From an uncultured archaeon (GTDB taxonomy: Archaea > Iainarchaeota > Iainarchaeia > Iainarchaeales > JAAZKV01): DNA of 64,000 nt. This document shows positions 8,551 through 18,715 of the stretch, piece after piece. The stretch is taken from NCBI GenBank assembly GCA_964534045.1, contig CAZHNO010000003.1, forward strand, positions 37,323 through 101,322, in the 5' to 3' direction. Under the pieces are notes generated by a model. That model was not told where the DNA came from. It saw nothing but the letters and a program-made list of their open reading frames with translations, and made no database searches. A program made the translations under genes and the position numbers. The number at the start of each line of letters is the position of its first letter. Position 1 is the stretch's first letter.

Positions 8551-9113
8551 GAAAAATCCACTTTAACGCTTTTTCTTTCTGTTGGAGCTGCTTCAAATGA
8601 TTCTTTTTGTTTATTTTTTCCAAAAGCATTAGCTAAAATGTTTGTTGGAAATTGTAGAATCATTGTATTCCACTTCATTACCATATCATTGTAAAATTGT
8701 CTGGCAAAAGCTACTTTGTTTTCTGTGCTTGATAATTCCTCTTGCAAAGCTTTGAAATTTTCATTAGCTTTTAAAGCAGGATAAGCTTCAGCAACAGCAA
8801 AAATACTTTTTAGTGCTCCAGAAAGCATATTTTCACCTTTAGCTGATTCAGCAGGTGTTTTTGCAGAAAGAATAGCCGTTCTTGCCTTTGTTACTTCAGT
8901 AAGAACACTCTTCTCAAATTTTGCATACCCCTTAACAGTGTCAACCAAATTAGGAATTAAATCCGCTCTTCTTTTTAGTTGAACATCTATTTGAGCCCAC
9001 GAGTTATCAACTTGCTTTTCAGTTCTAATTAGTGAATTATAAGTCAAAACTATCCAGCCAAGAATTACAACAACTAACAATACTATTATTCCAATTATAA
9101 TCAATTCAATCAT
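8538..9113 (-). CDS. lemA: LemA family protein
   Basis: N-terminal TM then YNSL, WAQIDVQLKRRADLIPNLV, AYPALKANENF, ENKVAFARQFYND; GGGGGT RBS before ATG 9113. Confidence 0.95.
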   Translation of the reverse strand: MIELIIIGIIVLLVVVILGWIVLTYNSLIRTEKQVDNSWAQIDVQLKRRADLIPNLVDTVKGYAKFEKSVLTEVTKARTAILSAKTPAESAKGENMLSGALKSIFAVAEAYPALKANENFKALQEELSSTENKVAFARQFYNDMVMKWNTMILQFPTNILANAFGKNKQKESFEAAPTERKSVKVDFSDLS

Positions 9114-9185
9114 TGTTAAACCCCCAGAATTGTTATAATAATTACAATTTAAATGCTTAAAATACTTTTGCAACGAGACATTATT

Positions 9186-10532
9186 ATGCTTGGAGAAAAA
9201 TTACGAAAGGCAATGGACAAAATATCTGGGGCTGGAGCAGTAGATGAAAATGTTGTAAAAGAAGCAATAAAAGAAATACAACGTGCACTAATCAGTTCAA
9301 ATGTAGAAATTAATACAGTGCTAGCTATTTCTAAAAGAATTGAAGAAAAAGCATTCAAAAAAGCCGAAGGGAAAATGAGTCAAAGAGAACATGTTACAAA
9401 AGTAATTTATGACGAACTTGTAAATATGATGGGTGGAAAAGAAGCACCTAAAGAACCAAAAAGAATTTTATTATGCGGTCTGTTTGGTGTTGGAAAAACA
9501 ACTGCGGCTGGGAAACTCGGAACTTGGTATAAAAAAAGAGGAAAAAAAGTTGGAATAATTGCTGCTGACACTTTTAGGCCAGCGGCTTATGAACAATTAG
9601 AAACAAATGCAAAACAAGCGGGTGTTGATTTTTTTGGAATAAAAAAAGAAAAAAATGCTGCAAAAATTGTGAAAGAAGGAATAAAAAAATTTGAAAAATA
9701 TGATTTGATAATTTGTGATAGTGCCGGAAGATCAGGGCTAGATAATGAACTTGTTAAAGAAATAAAAGAAATTGATGATGCTTTCAAAGGAGAAGAAAAA
9801 TGGTTAGTACTTGGGGCCGATATTGGAAATCTAGCAAAAAAACAAGCACAAGCATTTCACAAAGCCGTTGGAATTAATGGAGTAATAATAACAAAAATGG
9901 ACGGTTCAAGCAAAGGTGGAGGCGCATTAGTTGCATGTAATGAAACAAATTCAAGCGTTTATTTTATTTCAACTGGAGAAAAAATTGGTGACTTTGAAGA
10001 GTTTGATGCAAATAGATATTTAGGAAGAATAATGGGCTATGGTGATTTAGAAACATTATTAGAAAAGGCAAAAGAAATTGAAATGGAAAACATTTCACCA
10101 GAAGAATTAATGAAAGGAAATATTAATTTTAAAATATTTTATGAACAATTAAAAGCCACAAAAAAATTAGGACCACTAAATAAAGTTGTTGATATGCTCG
10201 GGCTTGGAATGAAAATGCCAAAAGAAGCAATGGAAATGGGACAAGAAAAAATGGATTCTTTCAAAATAATAATTGATTCTATGACAGAAAAAGAAAGGTT
10301 GGAGCCAGATTTATTGAACAGGGGAAGGATAGAAAGAATTGCAAAAGGTTCAGGAAAAAGTGTTGAAGATGTTAGGGAATTAATAAAACAATTTAAGAAA
10401 ATGAAAAAAATGTTTAAAAGATTTAAAGGCATGGGCGAAAAAGGAATGCAAAAAATGGGTGAAAAGGATTTAGGAAAAATGATGCAACAAATGCAAGGAC
10501 AAAAGGCAAAGAAAAAATTTAGGTTGAAATAA
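9186..10532 (+). CDS. srp54: Signal recognition particle protein SRP54
   Basis: GLFGVGKTT, DTFRPAAYEQL, DSAGR, TKMDGSSKGGGAL, Met-rich M domain with RIAKGSG. Confidence 0.97.
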   Translation: MLGEKLRKAMDKISGAGAVDENVVKEAIKEIQRALISSNVEINTVLAISKRIEEKAFKKAEGKMSQREHVTKVIYDELVNMMGGKEAPKEPKRILLCGLFGVGKTTAAGKLGTWYKKRGKKVGIIAADTFRPAAYEQLETNAKQAGVDFFGIKKEKNAAKIVKEGIKKFEKYDLIICDSAGRSGLDNELVKEIKEIDDAFKGEEKWLVLGADIGNLAKKQAQAFHKAVGINGVIITKMDGSSKGGGALVACNETNSSVYFISTGEKIGDFEEFDANRYLGRIMGYGDLETLLEKAKEIEMENISPEELMKGNINFKIFYEQLKATKKLGPLNKVVDMLGLGMKMPKEAMEMGQEKMDSFKIIIDSMTEKERLEPDLLNRGRIERIAKGSGKSVEDVRELIKQFKKMKKMFKRFKGMGEKGMQKMGEKDLGKMMQQMQGQKAKKKFRLK

Positions 10533-11063
10533 ATGATAAAAAAAATTTTAAGAAGAAAACTAAAAGTAAAAAAAGCTGGACTAAGAGAACATATTGAACA
10601 TAGAAAAAAAACTACCAACCCATATCTTTGTGAAAGAGGAGATAGAGTTAGAATTTACAAAAACAAAGCTGGTGAAAGATTCTCTGTAAAAAGAATTATG
10701 CTTCTTTCACTAAATGAAAAACCCTACTATCAAATAAAGGTTGAGGGAATAAATGGAACCAATTTAAGTGCTGACGCAAACATTAGCATTGATTCAAAAT
10801 CAAAAACCATTTGTTTAGAAAGAATTGATGTAATTGGGCAATTTGGTGGAAACGAAGAAAAAAAAGGCAGATGTATGGCACAGGTTTTTGTGGATGAAGC
10901 CAAACAATTTGGAATAAAATATTTCAAAGGAGAAAGGTACTCAATAAATATTACCCCCATAAACAGAAAATTAGAAAAATATTATTTAAGTTTGGGTTTT
11001 AAAAAATTAATTGGCTGGAATAAGCTTGGCACCTTAACAATGATTGTTGGTGAAAACAAATGA
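10533..11063 (+). CDS. Hypothetical protein, possibly GNAT-like fold, basic N-terminus
   Basis: KGRCMAQVFVDEAK...INITPINRKLEKYYLSLGFK resembles GNAT motif A and the ..YY..LGF motif; judged by eye. Confidence 0.55.
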   Translation: MIKKILRRKLKVKKAGLREHIEHRKKTTNPYLCERGDRVRIYKNKAGERFSVKRIMLLSLNEKPYYQIKVEGINGTNLSADANISIDSKSKTICLERIDVIGQFGGNEEKKGRCMAQVFVDEAKQFGIKYFKGERYSINITPINRKLEKYYLSLGFKKLIGWNKLGTLTMIVGENK

Positions 11064-11854
11064 TTCAAATAATACAACAAGGAATTTTACTTTTAGGAAC
11101 TCTTGTTAGTGGGGTGGTAGATGCAAAAACCGGGTATATTTATGATTGGATAACTTATCCAATGATTTTGCTGGGGGTGATTTTGGCTTTGTTGAGTTTT
11201 AGCTGGTTTAATTTATTAAGCGGAGCAGTAATCTTTGCATTGTTGTTTTTGAGTTATTATTTTGGAAAAATTGGTGGGGGGGATGTAAAATTGTTCACCG
11301 CAATTGCACTACTTAATCCATTTAATGATTTTAATTTTCTTATAAGCTTGTTTTTTATTGCTGCAATGAGTGGCATGTTATTCTACTCAATATATTACAC
11401 AATAAAATATTATAGAAAAGGAATCAAAATTGAAAGAGAAAAAAAAGGAATATTTAATGCGTTTTTTATTGGAATTGTGTTAATTGCTTACTTTTTTATA
11501 ATGGCTCAAAGTGGAATAATTAGCATTTGGTTTGTTTATGTTATTGGCTTGCCATTAATAGCTGGTTTATTATTTGTTGCATTACAAAAAGGAATTAAAG
11601 AAGAATTTTTTGAACAAAAAATTGCGCTTAGCAAATTAGAAGAGGATGAAGTTTTGGGAGAAAAAAATTCTGAAAAAATAAAAAAAATAATTGGAAAAAC
11701 TTTGGTTGGGAAAAAAGAAATTAATAAATTAAAAAAGGCAAAAATAAAAGAAATTTATGTTCTTAGAAATTTACCAAAATTTGGTCCATTTATTTTTGTT
11801 GGAACACTTGTTGCAACTTTTTCTCCAGAATTTTTGTTAATGTTATTCTTATAA
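11060..11854 (+). CDS. Prepilin peptidase (A24 family, PibD/FlaK-like)
   Basis: Multi-TM; VDAKTG.IYDW and GKIGGGDVKL aspartate motifs; C-terminal PKFGPFI. Confidence 0.9.
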   Translation: MIQIIQQGILLLGTLVSGVVDAKTGYIYDWITYPMILLGVILALLSFSWFNLLSGAVIFALLFLSYYFGKIGGGDVKLFTAIALLNPFNDFNFLISLFFIAAMSGMLFYSIYYTIKYYRKGIKIEREKKGIFNAFFIGIVLIAYFFIMAQSGIISIWFVYVIGLPLIAGLLFVALQKGIKEEFFEQKIALSKLEEDEVLGEKNSEKIKKIIGKTLVGKKEINKLKKAKIKEIYVLRNLPKFGPFIFVGTLVATFSPEFLLMLFL

Positions 11855-11890
11855 TGCAGTTTTAAAAATCTTTAACACCTAAATCTTACT

Positions 11891-12763
11891 ATGAAAATTT
11901 TGGTTACTGGCTCAGATGGTTTTGTTGGAAAAGAACTTACCAATGAATTGAAAAATAAAAAACACAAAATAATTGAATATAATTTAAGTAAAGGAAAAAA
12001 TATTTTAAACAAAAAACAACTAAAAAAAGAATTGAAAGGGGTGGAAGTTGTAATACATTTAGCAGGAATAATAGAAAATTCCAATATTAATTTGTGGAAA
12101 GTTAACGTAGAAGGAACAAAAAACGTTATAGAAGAAAGTGTAAATGCAAAAGTGAAAAAATTTATTTTTTTATCAAGCACTGGTGTTTATGGAAGTAATA
12201 CAAATTTAGTTAATGAAAATAGTGAAACCAAACCTGAAAATATTTATGAAAAAAGTAAATCTGGGGCAGAACAAATTATTTTAAATCACCAAGAAGAAAT
12301 TCATGTAAACATTATCAGAAGTGCAATGATTCTTGGAGCAAATGATTATTGGAAAAAAATGTTTAAAGTTTTAAAAAAAGGTTTTCCTTTACCTTGTTCA
12401 GGGAAAAACATTTTTCAAATTATTTATGTAAAAGAACTAATTCAAGCAATGCATATTGTTATTGAAAAAGGCGAACCTGGAGAAATTTACCTAGTTTCTG
12501 GAAAAGAAAAATGGACTCTTAAAGAGTTTTGCCAAAAATCTAAAAAATTAATGAATTTGAATGAAAAGGTTTCCACAATTCCGAGCTGGTTTGCTGTTTT
12601 AGTTGGAAAAATAGTTAAAAATGATTTAATGACTTTTGAAAATATAAGACATTTAAAAAAGAGCAGAAATTATGATTTGAAAAAAATTTATTCTATTGGA
12701 TACAAACAAAAAATTCCTTTAGAAGAAGCAATAAGTAAAACTATTAAAGAATTGAATAATTAA
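11891..12763 (+). CDS. NAD-dependent epimerase/dehydratase (extended SDR)
   Basis: KILVTGSDGFVG, HLAG, SSTGVYG, YEKSK motifs. Confidence 0.9.
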   Translation: MKILVTGSDGFVGKELTNELKNKKHKIIEYNLSKGKNILNKKQLKKELKGVEVVIHLAGIIENSNINLWKVNVEGTKNVIEESVNAKVKKFIFLSSTGVYGSNTNLVNENSETKPENIYEKSKSGAEQIILNHQEEIHVNIIRSAMILGANDYWKKMFKVLKKGFPLPCSGKNIFQIIYVKELIQAMHIVIEKGEPGEIYLVSGKEKWTLKEFCQKSKKLMNLNEKVSTIPSWFAVLVGKIVKNDLMTFENIRHLKKSRNYDLKKIYSIGYKQKIPLEEAISKTIKELNN

Positions 12764-12769
12764 AAAAAA

Positions 12770-13546
12770 TTATTTTTTTGCTTTGGCACCTTTTTTTACA
12801 GCATCGCACATTTTTTTTAATTTGTTTGATGCGACATCAGAAGAATGAGAATTTTCTACTGCTGAACCAACATGAACAATGTCTGCACCAGAAGAAATAC
12901 AATCAAATGCATAAGCTGGTTTGTTCACTCCCCCAGCAATTAATAAAGGAATATCAATAATTGATTTTGTTGCCTTAATCATTTCTTTTGTTACTGGTTG
13001 TGAAGCCCCCCCACCAGATTCAAGAATTGCTAATTTAGAGCCCATGTATTGTCCCGCAAGAGCAGTTGCTCCTGCCAAATATGGTAAATTTCTAGGAATT
13101 AATTGTGCTCTTCCAACCCAACCAACTGCCCTGCCTGGTTCAACTAAAATATATGAAGTTGGAATAACTTCCAAACCCATTTTTTTTACAGGCATTGATG
13201 ATGCTACTTGTGCACCAGAAATATAGTAAGGATCACTGCTGTTCAGCATTGACATAAAATAAATTGCATCTGCTAGATTTGACAATGTTGCAATGTTACC
13301 TGGAAAAAGAATTGTTGGAATTTTGCATTTATCTTTTATTTTTGTTAAAGTATCATCAAGTAACTTTCCTTGTGCACCAAGAGAACCACCAATAGCAATC
13401 GCTTTTGCACCAGCATCTTCAGCTATTTTTGCTATCTTTCCGGCTTGTTCTGGAGTTTGATTAGGGGGATCTATTACCAAGAATAATGCTCCAGCCTCTT
13501 CTTGTAATTGTTTCATCAAATTGTTGTATACCTTTGCTTCTTTCAT
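12770..13546 (-). CDS. Geranylgeranylglyceryl phosphate synthase
   Basis: VIDP, IGGS, LFPGN, ADAIYFMSMLNS, YILVEPG, LESGGGA, GGG..GADIVHVGS motifs of the PcrB/GGGPS barrel. Confidence 0.92.
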   Translation of the reverse strand: MKEAKVYNNLMKQLQEEAGALFLVIDPPNQTPEQAGKIAKIAEDAGAKAIAIGGSLGAQGKLLDDTLTKIKDKCKIPTILFPGNIATLSNLADAIYFMSMLNSSDPYYISGAQVASSMPVKKMGLEVIPTSYILVEPGRAVGWVGRAQLIPRNLPYLAGATALAGQYMGSKLAILESGGGASQPVTKEMIKATKSIIDIPLLIAGGVNKPAYAFDCISSGADIVHVGSAVENSHSSDVASNKLKKMCDAVKKGAKAKK

Positions 13547-13644
13547 GATAATCATTAGAAAAAACAAGTATAAAAACATAGTGTAAAGAAAGAAAAATTA
13601 TAAAACAAGGTAAGAATAAAAAGGCTTTGAAAGAGCTTTTTATT

Positions 13645-14895
13645 ATGGATGAGCTAGAAAAAACTATTTCTGAGATAGCTAAAAAAAGTGGAAAAAGTGA
13701 AAAAGAAATAATGAAACTTGTTGATGCAAAAGTAAAAAAATTTGAAGGGTTGCTTACAGAACAGGGCGCTATTTTTATGGTGCAAAAAGAACTTGGTTTG
13801 AAATCAGAAGAAAAAGAGGAAATAAAAATAAGTGAATTAAATGATGGAATGAAGGACGTTGAAATAAAAGGGATTGTGAAAACAATTTACCCAATAAAAG
13901 AATTTGAAAAAAATGGGAAAAACGGAAAGGTTGGTTCTTTCTTAGTTGAAGATGATACGGGAATTGTGAGAATTACTTTGTGGAATGATCAAATAGAAAA
14001 ATATGATTTAACAATTGGAAGCGAAGTAAGGATTGTTGATGGTTTTGTTTCAAGTTATAATGAAAAAAAACAATTATCACTTGGATATAATGGAAAAATT
14101 GAAGTACTAAATAAAAAAGAAGAATTGTTTGAAAAAATTTCTGAACTAAAAGCAGGAATGCAAAATGTTAATTTAGTTGGAAGAATGATTAGAAAATTTC
14201 CGTGCAAAGAATTTGAAAGTGGAGAAAGAAAAGGAAAATTATGCAGTTTTCAATTTGGAGATGAAACTGCATTATTGCGGGCAACAGCTTGGAATGAAAA
14301 AGCAGACGAAATACAAAAATATAACGAGGGGGATGTTGTTGAAATAAAAAATGCATATACAAAAAATGGCTTGGCTGGAATTGAAGTTAACTTGGGCTAT
14401 AGTGCACAAATAAAAGAATCTGATAAAAAGATGCCTTCAATAATTGAAATTTTAAAAGAAAGTGTTAATGAGAAAAAAATAAATGAGTTAATGGAAAATG
14501 AAAATGTAATAATTAATGGAAAGGTGGAAGAAATACAAAAAGGAAATGTTTATTTTTTAGCTTGTGAAAAATGTGGAAAAAAAGTTTCTAACGAAGGAAA
14601 AGCCATTTGTGAGAATTGCGGAGAAGTTAAAGGAGAAAAAAGAGCTGTGCTGAGTGCAATAATAGAAGATGATACTGGAAAAATAAGAACTAACTTTTTT
14701 GGAAAAAATGCACTTAATTTAATTAATTGGAAGCAAAGTGATTTAGAAAAAAATAGTGAAGGAAAAAGCTCAGAAAAAATAATTGAAGAAATAAACGAAA
14801 AAATAAAAGGCAAAAAAATAAAGTTATTTGGTTATGAAAGAGTTAATTCTTATAGTGGAGATAATGAATTTAGTGTGAAAGAAATAGTAAATTAA
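13645..14895 (+). CDS. rpa: Replication protein A (multi-OB fold with Zn finger)
   Basis: Repeated OB motifs (DDTGIVRITLWN, DETALLRATAWN, DDTGKIRTNFFG) plus CEKC...CENC. Confidence 0.9.
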   Translation: MDELEKTISEIAKKSGKSEKEIMKLVDAKVKKFEGLLTEQGAIFMVQKELGLKSEEKEEIKISELNDGMKDVEIKGIVKTIYPIKEFEKNGKNGKVGSFLVEDDTGIVRITLWNDQIEKYDLTIGSEVRIVDGFVSSYNEKKQLSLGYNGKIEVLNKKEELFEKISELKAGMQNVNLVGRMIRKFPCKEFESGERKGKLCSFQFGDETALLRATAWNEKADEIQKYNEGDVVEIKNAYTKNGLAGIEVNLGYSAQIKESDKKMPSIIEILKESVNEKKINELMENENVIINGKVEEIQKGNVYFLACEKCGKKVSNEGKAICENCGEVKGEKRAVLSAIIEDDTGKIRTNFFGKNALNLINWKQSDLEKNSEGKSSEKIIEEINEKIKGKKIKLFGYERVNSYSGDNEFSVKEIVN

Positions 14896-15461
14896 ATTTT
14901 TGCAAGGATTTTTTCTAGTTGTAAATAAACATTTTCAATTTTTGAATCATTTATTATTGTAAAATCTGCCATTGCAATTGGGCCACCTTTCTCAATATTT
15001 TCAATTTCTGCATAATCTCTAGCAATTGCATTTTCTCTTGTGGCTGGACGATTTCTTAAATTGACATCATTACTTTGCAATAATCTTTTTTCTAATCTTT
15101 GATATCTTAATTCAGGAGGGGAATAAACTGCAATAACAATTAACTTTTCACCATACTTTTTTTTTAATATTTTATATTCAGACCAACTATACAAGCCATC
15201 CCCCACAACATTTCCTTTTTTTAACAAACCATCAAATTTTGGAATGTTTAGTGTTGCAAAAGCACCCATCCCATGCTCTTTCCTGATTCCCTCTCTTATT
15301 TTCTTTTCGTTTTCTTCATTTGGCTCTAAACCCTTTTCTTTTACAATGTCAAGAGTTATTTGTCCAAATCTCAAAAATCCAAAACCTTTCTCAACCAACT
15401 TATCAGAAACAATTGACTTTCCAGCACCAGTCATCCCAACAATACAAACTAATTTATTCAT
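14892..15461 (-). CDS. P-loop nucleotide kinase (dephospho-CoA kinase-like / archaeal UPF0200-like)
   Basis: VGMTGAGKS P-loop, R..RL..R lid, GGPIAMADFTIIND. Confidence 0.8.
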   Translation of the reverse strand: MNKLVCIVGMTGAGKSIVSDKLVEKGFGFLRFGQITLDIVKEKGLEPNEENEKKIREGIRKEHGMGAFATLNIPKFDGLLKKGNVVGDGLYSWSEYKILKKKYGEKLIVIAVYSPPELRYQRLEKRLLQSNDVNLRNRPATRENAIARDYAEIENIEKGGPIAMADFTIINDSKIENVYLQLEKILAKI

Positions 15462-15498
15462 AAAATAATTCACTCAAATAATAATAAAAAACAAACTT

Positions 15499-16194
15499 TC
15501 ACTCTCTTAAACTAATATTCACTTCATTTTTTAAAGAATTAATAATTTCTTTTATTTTTTGTTTTTTCATTGATTTCATTTTTCTTACACTTGCTTCGTA
15601 AGCATTTTTTGGATTCATCTCTTGCAAAAACCATTTTTCTTTTGGAATCAACAAAGACATTTCTTTAAAATCATCAAGAGAAAGTTTTGGATATAATGTT
15701 GTTCTAAACTCATGAGGAATTTTTGAATTTATTATTAATGAAAGAGATTCTGAAATGTTTTTTTGGCTTACTTGAGAACGAGTAATCTCTTTGTATTTTT
15801 TTAATGGTGCTTTCAAATCCATTGCAATATAATCAACCAAATTTTGATTAATTATTTTTTTTAGAATTTCTGGATTTGAACCATTAGAGTCAAATTTTAT
15901 TGCAAATCCAAATGAACGAATTTTTTTAATAAAAGGAATTAAACCAGGGGAACAAGTTGGTTCTCCACCAGTAATTACAACCCCATCTAACATTTTTTTA
16001 TTTTTTTCTAAAAAAGAAAAAAATTCTTCTTCAGGAATTAATTTTCTTTTTGATTTTTTAAAAAATTTGTAAGCAGTTAATTCTTTATTATAACAATACG
16101 GGCATTTGAAATTACAATTCACTAAAAAAACTATGCACGCTACTTTGTTAGGGAAGTCAGTGAGGGTTGTTTTTTCTAATCCCCCAATGAACAT
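15499..16194 (-). CDS. nrdG: Anaerobic ribonucleotide reductase activating protein (radical SAM)
   Basis: CNFKCPYCYN, GVVITGGEP, VDYIAMDLKAP, HEFRTT. Confidence 0.93.
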   Translation of the reverse strand: MFIGGLEKTTLTDFPNKVACIVFLVNCNFKCPYCYNKELTAYKFFKKSKRKLIPEEEFFSFLEKNKKMLDGVVITGGEPTCSPGLIPFIKKIRSFGFAIKFDSNGSNPEILKKIINQNLVDYIAMDLKAPLKKYKEITRSQVSQKNISESLSLIINSKIPHEFRTTLYPKLSLDDFKEMSLLIPKEKWFLQEMNPKNAYEASVRKMKSMKKQKIKEIINSLKNEVNISLRE

Positions 16195-16203
16195 TCAATT
16201 CAC

Positions 16204-16341
16204 CTAACAAACTTTTGCTTGCTCATCGGCAGCGAACAATTTTCTATCTTTAAATTCTGCTTGTTTTCCGTCATTCCATTGTTCTACTGGTCTGATGTAA
16301 CCTACTACTCTACTATATACTTCACATTTTGTTTTTACCAT
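16204..16341 (-). CDS. Stand-alone NrdD C-terminal glycyl-radical peptide (45 aa)
   Basis: Manual translation MVKTKCEVYSRVVGYIRPVEQWNDGKQAEFKDRKLFAADEQAKVC; YSRVVGY.RP motif; GGGGGTG RBS; missed by ORF track. Confidence 0.9.
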   Translation of the reverse strand: MVKTKCEVYSRVVGYIRPVEQWNDGKQAEFKDRKLFAADEQAKVC

Positions 16342-16399
16342 TTAAAAAACACCCCCGTTTTTTAAAGTTAAAAAATCTCTGATTTTTTTTACCATTATC

Positions 16400-18460
16400 T
16401 CAACTCCTCAATTTACCGTTATTCTCAACTTTCTCAACTGTGCTAATTTCACTAACTTTACTTGTATCTTCTTTTTCACAAATTGGGCAATATTCGTGTT
16501 CTCCAGATAAATAACCATGTATTGGACAAATACTAAATGTTGGTGTAAGAGAAACATAAGGCATTTGATAATTTTCTGTAACTTTTCTTACAAGCATTTT
16601 TGCTGCTTGCCCTGAGGGAAGTTTTTCTCCAAGGAAAATATGGAATACTGTTCCGCCAGTATAAAGTGTTTGTAAAGGATCTTGTTTTTCTAAAGCCGCA
16701 AACAAATCATTAGTATAATTAACTGGTAATTGTGTTGAATTAGTGTAATACGCAGGGGCACCATTTTTTGTTTGTGAATTATTAGCAACAATAATTTCTG
16801 GATATTGCTTTTTATCTAATCTTGCAAGTCTATGAGAAGTTCCTTCACCAGGGGTAGCTTCTAAATTAAATAAGTCTCCAGTTTCCTCTTGGTATTGTAC
16901 AAGTCGTTCTCTCATGAAAAGCATTATTTTTTTTGCAAATTCTGTTCCTTCTTCTTGTGTTAAATTTTTTCCTAAAAAGTTTATCAAAGCTTCATTCATA
17001 CCAATCAAACCAATTGTTGAAAAATGATTTTTCCAATATTGTCCTGTTGTTTCTTTCATCCCTCGCAAATAATAAGCTGAGTAAGGATACAAACCATTTG
17101 TTGAATAATTTTCCAAAGTTTTTCTTTTTATTATTAAAGATTCTTTTGCTAAGTCCATTGCTCTTGCAAGTTTTTGAAAAAAATGAACTTCGTCTTCTGC
17201 TAAATAACCGATTCTTGGAAGATTAATTGTTACTACTCCAATGCTTCCAGTCATTGGACTACTTCCAAATAAGCCACCCCCTCTTTTTGATAATTCTCTG
17301 TTGTCCAAACGCAGTCTGCAACACATACTTCTAGCATCTTCTGCACTCATATCAGAGTTAACATAATTTGCGAAATAAGGAATACCATACTTTGCCGTCA
17401 TTTCCCAAATTTTATCATAATTTTTTGTATCCCAATCAAAATCTTTTGTAATGTTATATGTTGGGATTGGGAAAGTAAAAATTCTTCCTTCAGCATCTCC
17501 TTCAGTCATTACTTCTGCAAAAATTTCGTTAAACAAATAAATTTCTTCTTGGAATTCACTATAAGTTGCTTCCATTGGTTTTCCACCAATAATTACTGGC
17601 GTATTGGCAAGATTTTTTGGAACAACCAAATCCATTGTAACATTTGTAAAAGGTGTTTGAAATCCTACTCTTGTTGGAACATTTGTGTTGAATATAAATT
17701 CTTGTAACGCTTGTTTTACTTCTTTTCGTGTTAAATTATCATATCTTATAAATGGGGCTAATAAAGTGTCAAAATTTGAAAAAGCTTGTGCTCCTGCGGC
17801 TTCGCCTTGTAAAGTATAAAAGAAATTTACTATTTGTCCAAGGGCTGTTCTAAAATGTTTTGCTGGTTTACAAGCAATTTTTCCTCTAACCCCTTTGAAA
17901 CCCTCAATTAATAATTGCTTTAAATCCCAACCAACACAATAAACACTTAGCTCGCTTAAATCATGGATGTGAAAGTCTCCCTTTTTGTGAGCATCCCCAA
18001 TCTCATCAGGATAAATTTTCATCAACCAATAATTAGAAACAAGCGAAGAAGAAATGTGATTTCTTAAACCTTGCAAAGAATAAGCCATGTTAGAATTTTC
18101 CCTAACCTTCCAATCTTCTTGTGTTACATAATCATCAATAACATCAAAATCTGAAAGCATTGATTCTTTCATTCTAATTAATTCGTGTTGATGTCTGTAC
18201 AGAATATAGGATTTTGCTACTTTGTCATGCCCAGCTTTGATTAAAACTTCTTCAACAACGTCTTGTATTTGTTCAACTGTTGGAATCCCTTCATCCCCAA
18301 AACGCGCATTAATCCTTTCTACAGCAATTTTTGACAAAGAAAGTGCTTTCTCTTTATCTTTTCCTCCAACACTTTGAGCAGCCTTCCAAATAGCTTCAGC
18401 TATTTTATGTTCATCAAAAGAAACTTTTGAACCATCTCTTTTTTTTACAAATTTAGGCAT
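16400..18460 (-). CDS. nrdD: Class III (anaerobic) ribonucleoside-triphosphate reductase, large part, with ATP cone
   Basis: VKKRDGS ATP cone, FHIHDL, SVYCVGW, RSMCCRL, EATPGEG, CPIHG...CPIC; lacks the RV.GY motif. Confidence 0.95.
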   Translation of the reverse strand: MPKFVKKRDGSKVSFDEHKIAEAIWKAAQSVGGKDKEKALSLSKIAVERINARFGDEGIPTVEQIQDVVEEVLIKAGHDKVAKSYILYRHQHELIRMKESMLSDFDVIDDYVTQEDWKVRENSNMAYSLQGLRNHISSSLVSNYWLMKIYPDEIGDAHKKGDFHIHDLSELSVYCVGWDLKQLLIEGFKGVRGKIACKPAKHFRTALGQIVNFFYTLQGEAAGAQAFSNFDTLLAPFIRYDNLTRKEVKQALQEFIFNTNVPTRVGFQTPFTNVTMDLVVPKNLANTPVIIGGKPMEATYSEFQEEIYLFNEIFAEVMTEGDAEGRIFTFPIPTYNITKDFDWDTKNYDKIWEMTAKYGIPYFANYVNSDMSAEDARSMCCRLRLDNRELSKRGGGLFGSSPMTGSIGVVTINLPRIGYLAEDEVHFFQKLARAMDLAKESLIIKRKTLENYSTNGLYPYSAYYLRGMKETTGQYWKNHFSTIGLIGMNEALINFLGKNLTQEEGTEFAKKIMLFMRERLVQYQEETGDLFNLEATPGEGTSHRLARLDKKQYPEIIVANNSQTKNGAPAYYTNSTQLPVNYTNDLFAALEKQDPLQTLYTGGTVFHIFLGEKLPSGQAAKMLVRKVTENYQMPYVSLTPTFSICPIHGYLSGEHEYCPICEKEDTSKVSEISTVEKVENNGKLRS

Positions 18461-18715
18461 CAGGCATCACAATTTTTTCAACGTGAGATAAATAAGTTTA
18501 GGGAGTTTATAAAGCTTACTTACTTTTTACGTAGAAAACAAAAAGCAAACCAAAAATTATTGAAACTAAGAAAAAAAATAAAAAAAATCACACAAAAACT
18601 CGGACTTGATTCAGAAAACAAAAAAAAATATTGTAAAAAGTTTGGAATTACTTTTAGTTATTGTAAAAAAAATATTTTTCTAAAAAGTTTTAAATTTAAT
18701 TTGTAATTTTCCAAA

